Sequence record: NZ_CP090684.1
DNA: 64,000 nucleotides
Source of the DNA: a plasmid
Direction: 5' to 3' (one strand)
In this document: positions 53,001 to 61,458 of the stretch, piece by piece
Numbering within the stretch: position 1 is the stretch's first letter
Layout of the letters: each line of letters starts with the position of its first letter
The notes under the pieces: generated by a model
What the model saw: only the letters and a program-made list of their open reading frames with translations
What the model was told of the DNA's origin: nothing
Database searches by the model: none
Program-made: the position numbers and the translations under genes

Positions 53001-53192
53001 GGCCAGGTGAACGTGATCCTGTGGCCCGGTCTGCTGGAGAAGTTTCGCAAGGAGGCGCTAGGCGCGGCGCTCCTCGCGGTCTACGGTGTATGGCAGGCCG
53101 AGGGGAAGGTGCGGCACTTGATCGCGAGCAAGCTCGTCGACCGGAGCGAATTGCTCGGCTCGCTGCCGACGACGGCAAGGGAGTTTTGTTGA
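50043..53192 (+). CDS. dnaE2: Error-prone DNA polymerase DnaE2 (ImuC)
   Basis: 1049 aa; N-terminal PHP domain (VASDFSFLHGASRAEEY), Pol III alpha core, OB-fold C-terminus. Confidence 0.9.
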   Translation: MSAASYGALPAYAELQVASDFSFLHGASRAEEYVARAAQLGYSAIAITDECSLAGVVRAHVEAKAAGLPLIIGSHFRLTAADGAPAIAFSALAMNRDGYGNLCELVSLGRMRGKKGSYRLAPRDLEQPDAPFTHLRGLPDCIAILSPDFPANEQRLDAQVEWFARVFGDRAWVALTLHARAMDDIHRGVVERVAARHGVPVVATSWPLMHVRSRKPLQDVLTSIRLGRPVSECGYELAPNAERHLRSRLRLANLYPAGALEETVRVARRCTFSLDDLKYEYPDEVVPAGYDVATYLREQTYIGAQRRFPAGIPVDVQAQIEHELQLIAELNYEAYFLTVYDIVQFARQNGILCQGRGSAANSAVCYCLGMTEVDPSRQSMLFERFMSKERNEPPDIDVDFEHQRREEVMQYIYRKYGRDRAALTAAVSTYRPRSALREAGKALGVDPAIVDRVAKSHHWFDSRADLLQRFAEAGLDPEAPLNQQWAAFAAQLLGYPRHLSQHSGGFVISRGKLTRLVPVENAAMEDRTIIQWDKDDIEALGILKIDVLALGMLSMVRRALDMISEKRGETFELQDIPAEDKATYDMLCDGDSMGVFQVESRAQMSMLPRLRPQCFYDLVIEVAIVRPGPVQGGMVHPYLRRRQGLEPVTFPSDGMEKALKRTLGVPIFQEQVMQVAMLAAGFSAGEADQLRRAMAAWKRKGGLEPYHDRLVSGMLERGYDREFAEAIFAQIKGFGEYGFPESHAASFALLVYSSAWLRRHEPAVFLASLLNSQPMGFYTPSQLLQDARRRGVEVLPVDVNVSTWDSVIEGPTTSAPVRLGFSLLRGMRADVAGRIELARAVRPFVDVADLARRAQLDRHDLQVLARANALRSLAGGNRRAALWLAAAAIPDRDLLRGTERDDAVPALPQASEGKEIVTDYRAMGFTLGRHPLALLRDRLTLDRLQSAEQLATLRSGQLARACGLVTVRQRPGTANGVLFMTLEDETGQVNVILWPGLLEKFRKEALGAALLAVYGVWQAEGKVRHLIASKLVDRSELLGSLPTTAREFC

Positions 53193-53229
53193 TGGTGCTC
53201 TAGCAAGCCAGAGCGCCCGACGCGAAGCT

Positions 53230-53556
53230 TTAGAACAACGACATTTGCCTCGGGTCGCATTCCGGCCCCTTTGGCGATCGCTTGACCGCCACAGTGCGAC
53301 GCATCCACGCGACCAGTGGAACGCCCATGCCATCCACGGTAACTGCAAAGCCGAACGCCTCTTGCCCCTCGCGAGTCCAGTCCGGGAGCTGCTTCCAAGT
53401 CGGGCTCCATCCGCGGGCCCTCGCGCACTCCATCAAGCGCTCTTTCGTGAGACCCGGCTCGCAGCACGCGACGAATCGGGCAAGGGGTGTCGGCACCAGT
53501 TCCTTCGGAAAAGTCCCCGGTAACGAGAATGAAACCAATCGCAACGTCCTCGCCAT
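53230..53556 (-). CDS. Hypothetical protein (108 aa)
   Basis: Protein-like composition (…CCEPGLTKERLMECARARGWSPTWKQLPDW…); between convergent dnaE2 and repA; no domain recognised. Confidence 0.3.
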   Translation of the reverse strand: MARTLRLVSFSLPGTFPKELVPTPLARFVACCEPGLTKERLMECARARGWSPTWKQLPDWTREGQEAFGFAVTVDGMGVPLVAWMRRTVAVKRSPKGPECDPRQMSLF

Positions 53557-53620
53557 TTCTACCCTCGACAGGCAGTAAGCAGTTCAATCGCTCGGATCCG
53601 GCCGCTACGGCTCGGGCGAA

Positions 53621-54745
53621 CTATGTCCCAGCAATCAGTTCAAGCTGGCCAACGTCTCGCGCGTCCGAATCCCAGCGGCGCAGCGCGTAGTACCACTTTG
53701 ACAGCTTCTTGGCCAGCAACTCACGATGAATGCTCGCTGTGAGTTGCTCGTCCTGCCGTCGGTTGTCACGGTCGCACCGAAAGAAGACGACCATTGCCTT
53801 GTCGTCGTCGAGCGCTATGTGAAATTCCGGCAGTTTGTCCGCTTTCATGGCCGCAATGAGATCTCTGCGGAAATACTTAAGTGCTTGAGCGGACCCCGAC
53901 TTGCCGTAGAGCTTTTCAAGGCCGATTTTGAACCACAGCTTGTCACCACAGTGCTTCTTGGCCAAATCGTAAAGGCGACGCTCAAGACCTTGCCCCAAAT
54001 CGAAGTAACCCGGATGTAGGGTTAGGATGCGCCGACTCAGCAACAAATCGTAGGTCCAACTCGACAATACTAGCTCGACCTCCAGCGCCCCTTTCCGATT
54101 GGCGGTATACGTGATCACCGAATATTCCTGGATCAACCCGTATCCGCGTAAGGTCTCGTGGATCCCGGCTTCATTGGCACCCGGGCGCGTCGTATCGAAA
54201 TTTGTTTCGATGATGGTGCCTTTCAAGCGTCGGCAGCTATCAACGATGCGCTCATACGAAGCGCCGCCCGTACTGCGTCGGGTGTATTTGAGAAAGTCAC
54301 GGACCTTGAATCGGATTCGGCGTGAAACCGGGATATCGGAGTCGGCCGCCTTGCAAATCAGTGTAGCGGCGTAGACGAGCAGATCCTTATCGAAGATATT
54401 TGCCGCCCCCACCCCGCTTGGGATGATTCTGACGATTTGTTCGCCGTTGCGGTAGACGCGAACCCGCGTGTCTTTGCCCTTTTGCAGTGAGAAAAGGGGG
54501 AACTCGAGAGAATGAAGGTCCTCGCGGGGCTTCCAGGACAAGTCAAGTTGCTCGCCGAAAAACAGTTCGAGCTGCTCTGGATCGAACTCGCCCTCGTCCA
54601 GTCGAACGACATCATCGCCGTCGGCTGAGTTTTCCGATTGCTCAGCGCCTTGGCTGCGTGCCAATGGTGGTCGTGCGCCCATCGGCAACTGCGCCGCTCC
54701 TGCCCCCCTCAGTGAGTAGCTGTTCTCGGAATTGACTGTACTCAT
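53621..54745 (-). CDS. repA: Plasmid replication initiator protein (RepA/RPA family)
   Basis: 374 aa; last gene of a korA-like/par operon; C-terminal ...LYDLAKKHCGDKLWFKIGLEKLYGKSG... resembles RepA-type initiators (recalled). Confidence 0.65.
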   Translation of the reverse strand: MSTVNSENSYSLRGAGAAQLPMGARPPLARSQGAEQSENSADGDDVVRLDEGEFDPEQLELFFGEQLDLSWKPREDLHSLEFPLFSLQKGKDTRVRVYRNGEQIVRIIPSGVGAANIFDKDLLVYAATLICKAADSDIPVSRRIRFKVRDFLKYTRRSTGGASYERIVDSCRRLKGTIIETNFDTTRPGANEAGIHETLRGYGLIQEYSVITYTANRKGALEVELVLSSWTYDLLLSRRILTLHPGYFDLGQGLERRLYDLAKKHCGDKLWFKIGLEKLYGKSGSAQALKYFRRDLIAAMKADKLPEFHIALDDDKAMVVFFRCDRDNRRQDEQLTASIHRELLAKKLSKWYYALRRWDSDARDVGQLELIAGT

Positions 54746-54767
54746 TCTCTCCTGCTTTCCCCGTATT

Positions 54768-55178
54768 TCATTCCAGCTTGCTCGTTTGCGTGCCGAGATG
54801 TTTGATCAGGGCAGACACTGCCGACTGGACTTTATTCGTATCTTTCGATCGTTGTGCCTTCGCAAGGAAGCGCGCGAGCGGTTCGACAAGCGGGCTCGGC
54901 ACTTCGAATTCCTGCTTTAGCCAGACGATGACCTCCGCACTTCGCAGTTCCGAGTTCGTCAGGCTCTCGTAGTAGCGCTTCACCAACTGGCTGACGCGTT
55001 GTCGAGAAACCCCAAATTCACTCGCAACGTCCGCCGCCGGCCGCCCGTCGACGATCACGGCGCGTGCGATATCGCGAGTAGCTTCGTCAAACGGACGTGT
55101 CCCGAACTCGCGCGCGTGCTTCCGCATGGCGGAGTCCAATGCTGAAAAATGCTTCGCTGAAAGGCGGAATGTAGCCAA
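54768..55178 (-). CDS. KorA/TrfB-family HTH repressor
   Basis: IARAVIVDGRPAADVASEFGVSRQRVSQLVKRYY parallels IncP KorA (IARGVLVDGKPQATFATSLGLTRGAVSQAVHRVW, recalled). Confidence 0.65.
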   Translation of the reverse strand: MATFRLSAKHFSALDSAMRKHAREFGTRPFDEATRDIARAVIVDGRPAADVASEFGVSRQRVSQLVKRYYESLTNSELRSAEVIVWLKQEFEVPSPLVEPLARFLAKAQRSKDTNKVQSAVSALIKHLGTQTSKLE

Positions 55179-55240
55179 GATTGCTTTCCGAATAGGTTGA
55201 CAAGCAACGAACTGGCGCCTGCCCGCCTCGGTCCGTTGCG

Positions 55241-56599
55241 TTACAGCGACCAGTCGTTCGGCGCCAGAGGATGAATTTCGCGGTCGGTATCGTAACCGAA
55301 GTCATCTGGCAGAACGCCGGGTCGCCGGCACGGATGCAATCTGTTCAGCAGCTCGAGCGGCCCACTCGAATTTATTTCATCATTGAACCTGTTTATTATT
55401 TTACCCGCTGTTTCAGTTGGCATGCCAGCAAGCGCCGAGGCAGCCAGGTCCACAAAGCAGACCCACAACCTCCATTCGATGTCCTCCGCACGCACGCCAG
55501 CCGCCGAAAGGTCGGCGTGCAACCGGCGAACTCTCTCGACGGATCCGGTGCCGATTTCGTAGATTTCCTCTACGCGCCAAACCGACGTCTCACTCGGATC
55601 GGCGGCGGCAGCGTGCAAACGCTTCGCTTTGGGTACTTGCCGCAGCCCCTCCGGAGATGCCGCCGGGCTCGGAGCTAGGCGAGCGTCCGCCATATTCGGC
55701 ACATCGGCATCATGTTCTGCGCCGTGGGCCGCCTGACCCTCGAATACAGGACCAGGTGACGGTTGTTGGCCATCGTCAATGGACTGCGATGCAGTAGAAC
55801 CCGGTGCCTCGGCCGGCGCGCTCGAGCGAGCCATAGCAGCTGCCTCGCCGACCGCATCTTTCACCGACGGAGCGGCGACCTGCTTCAGCAGGTTCAGTCG
55901 CGCATCGAGCGTCAAGCGTCCGAACTTCTTTCCTGCCCGCATGTCCGTTGCGATTTCGTGCGCAGTCGCGGCACTGCAAGCCTCGATGTCGGCCATTTTG
56001 TTGGCCGCTTCGACGTCGTCGAACATGTCCTCATCGAACAAGGCTCGGGTCGTGGGACCATAACGAAGGAACCGCAAGTGTTTCGAGACCCATGACGCGC
56101 TGCGCTCCTTGCCGCTCGGCGCCGCCCAGATGCTGGCTGCTTGCTCTCGCCCGTACAACTCGACGTCTGTCGCAAGGCCGATAGCCGTCTCTCTCACCGA
56201 GAGTTGCTTTCGATCGATGTTCTCGGACACCTGATACATCCGGATTGCCAAGTCTGACGTCCCGGCGGGGAAAATCTTTGCCTGTATCTCCGGCCAGTCG
56301 TTCAAAAGGCTGCCTCGGATGCGCCGCTCGCCGGCGATCAGCTCATACTCGTCGCTGTCCGAAATTGCTCGCACCAATATCGGCGTGTGCACGTGACCGA
56401 TCGCCCGAAGCCGCTCGGCGAACGCCTGCACATCGGCGAAATCGTCGCGAACTTGAGGTTTGATCCGAACTTTATTGACCGCGATGAACCTCGTCACCGC
56501 CCCTGTGGCCTGCTCGATTTCAGCCACACGCGATGCCGCGCTTGCCGCTCGAGTCAGTGCCGAAATAGAAGCAAACTTCCCGCTTGTCGCCTGCTGCAT
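55241..56599 (-). CDS. parB: ParB/KorB-family partition protein
   Basis: ParB N-terminal box GERRIRGSL; HTH region; long C-terminal low-complexity linker. Confidence 0.8.
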   Translation of the reverse strand: MQQATSGKFASISALTRAASAASRVAEIEQATGAVTRFIAVNKVRIKPQVRDDFADVQAFAERLRAIGHVHTPILVRAISDSDEYELIAGERRIRGSLLNDWPEIQAKIFPAGTSDLAIRMYQVSENIDRKQLSVRETAIGLATDVELYGREQAASIWAAPSGKERSASWVSKHLRFLRYGPTTRALFDEDMFDDVEAANKMADIEACSAATAHEIATDMRAGKKFGRLTLDARLNLLKQVAAPSVKDAVGEAAAMARSSAPAEAPGSTASQSIDDGQQPSPGPVFEGQAAHGAEHDADVPNMADARLAPSPAASPEGLRQVPKAKRLHAAAADPSETSVWRVEEIYEIGTGSVERVRRLHADLSAAGVRAEDIEWRLWVCFVDLAASALAGMPTETAGKIINRFNDEINSSGPLELLNRLHPCRRPGVLPDDFGYDTDREIHPLAPNDWSL

Positions 56600-56613
56600 T
56601 CAACGACCCCTCT

Positions 56614-57447
56614 TTATGCGTTGCTCACCGAAAGGCCGATGCGCTCCAAAATGGAGTCGCACACGGCGTGCATTTCTTTCGCAGCAAGCCGATCACTTTC
56701 GCCCCTCCGACGCGCCCACACCGGATGAAAACTTGTCAGGCGGACCCCCGCACGATCGCGCAATTCGTGTTCGAGTACTGCGTCGTCGAACGCATTCCGA
56801 ACAGTCGTCCTCATCGATTGGTCATCGGCGCGTCGCAGATTGACCTTGTTGAGCAGAACGCCCACCAGCTCGAGATCCGGATTCCATTCGCGCTTGACGA
56901 GCTCAAGCTTCTCCGACGTACTGAGAAGGCCCGACATACTGTCAATTCCGAGATCAGTCGGAATCACGACGTAGTCGGCGCAGATCATCCCGCCCAACAC
57001 GAGGTTGCTCATCGTTGGCGCGGTGTCGATCACGCACAGATCAAATTGGTCCGCCAGTGCATCCAAGGATTCCCGCGCCTTCGCCGCTGATTCGAGCGGC
57101 CAAGTCATGACGTCCTCGAGCTCCGGCGTCGCGCCGATCATTGCCGCCCCGTCGACAATTCGCATTGGATTGACGTCCCGTTTGCCCTGGTAGAGCAAGT
57201 GCGCACTCGAATTTTCTGTCACATCCGGTAGGCCCAAGTGCTCCCATGTAAGTGCCGCGCCCATCACCGACGGACCCGACTTCGCGGTCAGCTTTCGGTA
57301 CAGCATCGACCTTGTCAGATTGCCTTGCGGATCCAGATCCACCACCAACACGCGGATCCCTCGCTCGATTGCCGTGTAGACCAGATGCCGAACAATAGTC
57401 GTCTTGCCGGTGCCGCCCTTCCCATTCACGATGCTTATCTTCTTCAT
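56614..57447 (-). CDS. parA: ParA/IncC-family partition ATPase
   Basis: MKKISIVNGKGGTGKTT deviant Walker A; track start is 3 codons upstream. Confidence 0.85.
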   Translation of the reverse strand: MKKISIVNGKGGTGKTTIVRHLVYTAIERGIRVLVVDLDPQGNLTRSMLYRKLTAKSGPSVMGAALTWEHLGLPDVTENSSAHLLYQGKRDVNPMRIVDGAAMIGATPELEDVMTWPLESAAKARESLDALADQFDLCVIDTAPTMSNLVLGGMICADYVVIPTDLGIDSMSGLLSTSEKLELVKREWNPDLELVGVLLNKVNLRRADDQSMRTTVRNAFDDAVLEHELRDRAGVRLTSFHPVWARRRGESDRLAAKEMHAVCDSILERIGLSVSNA

Positions 57448-57457
57448 GGCCACCATC

Positions 57458-57841
57458 TCATGCGCAGGCCAGTGCTTCGATTGGCTGAAACGAGCGGCCC
57501 AACGTATGGAAGACCGCTAGCCAGTTCGCCGCATAAACATTCACGCGCCCGCTCGCCACACTGAAGTAACCGCCTTGCTCCAGCTGGGTTACGCATGCTG
57601 TGCCTCGCATCAGATCTACGTCGAAGCAAATGCGGGATTGGGAACGCCGGTGGTCACCGGCAATATCCTGTGCAATCTCGATCTCGAGATGGCCGTCAAC
57701 TCCATCGTCGATCGTGCAATGAACCGCCATATCCCCCGGCACGCGCGGTGGAGCAAACCGTGTTCGTGATGCGCTCACCCCCAGCTCCGGAATGAGGTCG
57801 ACAAGAAGTCGGTAGATGCGGGATTGCACGGTGCTCGACAT
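57458..57841 (-). CDS. Hypothetical protein, first gene of the par operon
   Basis: Track ORF 57458..57943; ATG at 57841 (MSSTVQ) has GGAG at -10; no recognised domain. Confidence 0.45.
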   Translation of the reverse strand: MSSTVQSRIYRLLVDLIPELGVSASRTRFAPPRVPGDMAVHCTIDDGVDGHLEIEIAQDIAGDHRRSQSRICFDVDLMRGTACVTQLEQGGYFSVASGRVNVYAANWLAVFHTLGRSFQPIEALACA

Positions 57842-57928
57842 TTGGTTCTCCATCTTTTTTTGGTTGCTCTTTTTCCGGCGTTGGCACACCGCCGGACCTC
57901 GTAGTTCTTTCATCTTATTATTAGATAC

Positions 57929-57941
57929 GTTGACGGTCAAC
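57929..57941. promoter_or_regulatory. 13-bp palindrome GTTGACGGTCAAC upstream of the par operon (candidate operator/parS-like site)
   Basis: Seen in sequence in the divergent par/XRE intergenic region. Confidence 0.35.
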
Positions 57942-58404
57942 ATATCTAGGTTGAATGCTGGCGAAATCGTGCGGTCGAACGCTCTGGGCTGTTGAAATTG
58001 AACGCTGAGAGCCAGGTCCCCAAGGCGGACAGCATTTCGCTCGCCTGCGATATATAATTTTAATCACTTATCACAGTGATCTATTTTCGCATGCGAAACC
58101 GCTTACCTCCAAGCATTCGAGCTGGAGTGCATAGAATGAGCGCTCGAAGTGTGTTTGCCGCGCCACAAAGCGGCCTGCTCGGGCCGCGCAGATTTCCGAC
58201 TTCCCCTTTGTCCAACCGACCTGCATCACATTGCGCTGCGTTAAGCCGCGCCGCATCCTGCATCGGACGGCTCGGTGAAACCGCCGGAGCAAAGAGGCTG
58301 GTCCGGTAAAATGGGGCCACATTAAAAACGTAAGCACCCGCAGCGGGATCATATCCGATCTAGGTCAAAATGGGATAGCCACTGGAACGGGCGAGCATTC
58401 GGAT

Positions 58405-58971
58405 ATGCCCCGGTCCATCCCGATTACCAGTGAGCGCTATCGGCGCCTTCGCGTTCAACTTGCCACCATGCGCATCCGCGCAGGTCTAACGCAAACTGAA
58501 CTCGCAAAACGTTTGCACATCGACCAATCGAACCTGTCCAAGATCGAACGAGGAGAGCGCTACGTCGACTTCCTGACCTACGTCGACTGGTGCCGAGCCT
58601 GTGGCGTCTCCCCTGCCACATCAATGAGAAAGTTCTTGGAGCAGGACGACAGTCCACGACGGCCAGCCGACACCTCGATTCCTAAATCGGCGCGCAGCCA
58701 GCCGACGAAGCACGGGCCGCGGCGCGATCAGCAACATAGTCCGCACCGCGTACCGCCCGTCAAAGTCGTGTCATCGATAAGCCAGCAGGAATTCTTGAGG
58801 TTCGCGAAAGCAACGCTCGGAATGACGTGGGATCAACTTGCAGCAGCTGCAGAGATCAACGCCCGCGCCCTGAAAACGTACCGCATGCCGGATACGTCGA
58901 AGGACTTCAGGCCACTCCCGATGCTTGCGAGAGCCGCAATCGAGAAGCTTCTTGACGGGCACTCCGCCTGA
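58405..58971 (+). CDS. XRE-family HTH transcriptional regulator with C-terminal domain of unknown function
   Basis: LTQTELAKRLHIDQSNLSKIERGER (Cro/CI-type HTH), then a roughly 110-aa unassigned domain. Confidence 0.75.
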   Translation: MPRSIPITSERYRRLRVQLATMRIRAGLTQTELAKRLHIDQSNLSKIERGERYVDFLTYVDWCRACGVSPATSMRKFLEQDDSPRRPADTSIPKSARSQPTKHGPRRDQQHSPHRVPPVKVVSSISQQEFLRFAKATLGMTWDQLAAAAEINARALKTYRMPDTSKDFRPLPMLARAAIEKLLDGHSA

Positions 58972-58992
58972 ATGGTACGCGGTGCGTACCAT
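58972..58992. other. Perfect 9-bp-stem hairpin ATGGTACGC-ggt-GCGTACCAT immediately after the XRE stop
   Basis: Seen in sequence; no T-tract, so either a protein-binding site or a non-canonical terminator. Confidence 0.3.
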
Positions 58993-59280
58993 TACTATAG
59001 ACGTCTGCAATGGAAGGCGATCGATGGATGATGCGGCGTCGCGACTCGGCGCCGGGCCTCGGCGTGTCGGACACATGCCCCCCGCCAGGAACCGTTATGC
59101 GTTCCCGTTTCGGATGTCGCGCGTGAACCAAGTCCGGACGCGCCAGTAGCCGCCCGGGCGCAACGCATCCGGTCGAGTAGCCACAACGGGTGCCCACGGC
59201 AACGGTTGCGGTCTCAAGTTGCGGCGCCAATTGCCGATATACGACACATATCGGACATCTTTGAGGAGGAATTGAGCCAC

Positions 59281-59649
59281 ATGCGCAAGAAGTTCATTGC
59301 ATCAACGCTAGTCGCTATAGCCCTTGCTGCTGGTGCGGTTTGCAACGCCATCGCGGTGCCAAGCACGCAATTTACCCAAGCCTTCTCACCCGCCGAATAC
59401 CAAGCGCTTGCGGTCGAACAGCGCCAGATCTACGTTGCAGGAGCGCTCGACACCGTTCGTATTTTCGCGCCGTCCGCCGAGCTCAGAAATTTCTACAATG
59501 TGTGCCTCACCCGGACGACCCTCGCTCAAGTGACCGCCGTGGTCGATGCTCGCGCAAGTCATCCAGAGCCGATCGACCAAGGGCTTATGCCGTTGATCGT
59601 GAATAACGCGGTGGCAGCGGAGTGCAATCGGAGCGGTTTCAGGTACTAA
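59281..59649 (+). CDS. Secreted hypothetical protein (122 aa, two Cys)
   Basis: Track ORF 59206..59649; AGGAGG then ATG 59281; MRKKFIASTLVAIALAAGAVCNA signal peptide. Confidence 0.55.
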   Translation: MRKKFIASTLVAIALAAGAVCNAIAVPSTQFTQAFSPAEYQALAVEQRQIYVAGALDTVRIFAPSAELRNFYNVCLTRTTLAQVTAVVDARASHPEPIDQGLMPLIVNNAVAAECNRSGFRY

Positions 59650-59914
59650 CCCGGATTGCCGATAGCTGGCCCCACGGCCATCGAGCACCCATCGCCTGCC
59701 ACGCAGGAATCGATTGCAACATGGGCCTTTCCTAATACCGCGGCATTTACGTGCTCGGTCCGCCGGAGGATGTCGACGACGTTCAACAGAGACGACAGCG
59801 ATTCGATGCCGCGCTGCCTTGCAGCACGCGCGAGGCGATGCTTCAGCGATAGTCTCCGGACCTGGTCGCGTGCCAGAGGCAGCAACCGAGCTGTTGAAAT
59901 CGGACCGCGACTCT

Positions 59915-60808
59915 TTATTGAGCACCTCGCGTCGGCGCAATCGCGACAGAGGCCGGTCGAGCCGTGGCGGTCGCGTTTTCGTTTGTCGCGTGGAAGGCTG
60001 GAGTCTCGCCGGTAGGCTTATCGAACCATTCCTGCTTCACGTTCACAACGGCTTGCACTGCGCTTGCAACGGCCGCAACTCCACCCAGGATCATCACCTT
60101 GCGCTGCAGTGCCTGGCTGTCAGCGTGTCGGCGCTCCTCGGTCAAGTATTGATCGAGCACGCGAACAGCGTTGGGAAGCATTCGGTAAGCCGTGTTCTGT
60201 TGCACTACTTCAACGAGCCCCTCGGCAACCAATACGCGGACCAGCGCGCGAATCCGCTGGAGCACCTCATCGGCTGCGGGGTGACGAATCCAACCGCGCT
60301 GATACAAAAGCGTGGCGATCATCACGGCGTCGATCGTGCGTCCATCTTGGTCCATCGAAAGCCTGACGATCGCCTGCAAGACGTCCATGCGCTCTTTGCG
60401 TTCTAACTGGCGGCGGTTGAATCGACCCTCTCGCCGTTCCTTGCGTCGTGCAACTCGGCTGTAGTGGCGAGTTCGGACCTTCAGCCAGAACCGAAACGGG
60501 TCGCGCTCGATAAACTCAAAGCGGCGAAGGTAGTAGACGAAGGTCGGTTTCGCCTGCACTGCGCGCGCCATTGGAATATCGACTGCGTCTGGTTGGTATC
60601 GACCGTCGTGCCACGGCCGACCCAGTACCCCGGATCTCGACAGGCCGACGATCAGCACGTCTCCCTCCCCTTCAATACCGTCGAGTCCCGCGTAGAAATA
60701 GTTTCGTTGTTTCAAGCGCTCGTCACCCGTTACCGGGATGCGATCAGGCGACGGGTTCTTCTGCACGATTTCGATGGCCTTACGCAGCCACAGCTCGTTC
60801 GGAAACAT
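59915..60808 (-). CDS. Hypothetical protein with central wHTH-like region and C-terminal TM anchor
   Basis: Track ORF 59915..61087 (390 aa from ATG 61087; alternative ATG 60808 gives 298 aa). Noticeably more A/T-ending codons than neighbouring genes; TM VMILGGVAAVASAVQAVV near the C-terminus. Confidence 0.5.
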   Translation of the reverse strand: MFPNELWLRKAIEIVQKNPSPDRIPVTGDERLKQRNYFYAGLDGIEGEGDVLIVGLSRSGVLGRPWHDGRYQPDAVDIPMARAVQAKPTFVYYLRRFEFIERDPFRFWLKVRTRHYSRVARRKERREGRFNRRQLERKERMDVLQAIVRLSMDQDGRTIDAVMIATLLYQRGWIRHPAADEVLQRIRALVRVLVAEGLVEVVQQNTAYRMLPNAVRVLDQYLTEERRHADSQALQRKVMILGGVAAVASAVQAVVNVKQEWFDKPTGETPAFHATNENATATARPASVAIAPTRGAQ

Positions 60809-61458
60809 AGGTCGTGTTTTTATCTGGCGCGTACTCGCCGTATTGTTTGGTTCAGCGTTAAGAGCGTCGCGAAAATTTCCAACCGCGATTTCAATCAAAG
60901 CGCTGTTGGAACAGTCGCGTACCGGATAGACTGCTCGATGCCCGCCCCTCTCGGGGCGGGCTGGCCTTGTCAGTGGAGCATAGGTCCGTACAGTCGACTC
61001 AGCCTGATGCTCCAGGACAGCAGTTCGACGCCGGCGGCGGCGCAGTTCAGTCAGAGAGTCAGCGTTTTGAGTTTCATCCGGGCACATCCATTTTCATTTG
61101 ATGTGCTCCGTATAGGCGTTCAAAGAGACGATGCCCGCGATGCCGGCGCGGTATGTCGGAAAAACCGAATCGTTCTTCTATTCCTTCTGCTCGCCGTGTC
61201 CGGCCCTTCACCCCCGATTCAAACGCGGCCTTATATCTGACGCCAGTACATCACACCTATCCGGATGTGTCATCTGGCGTAGTACACCACTGGTTGCCGG
61301 CCGGGCTGCGTTTGGGCCGGTCGTCGCATAGCCGTCATTGGCCTACGCAACCTGCAGAAGGACGCTCTGATACTTTTCCCATTATCGCCGCCGCGCGCAA
61401 CGATGTCGGGATGACGAGCAGCTCCTCGAACGATGTCGCCCGATTGCTACTGCGTCGG

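Noticed and set aside
58071-58352. Small ORFs in the par/XRE divergent intergenic region
   Set aside because: Overlap each other on opposite strands with no SD; the region is better explained as promoter or operator space (palindromes present).
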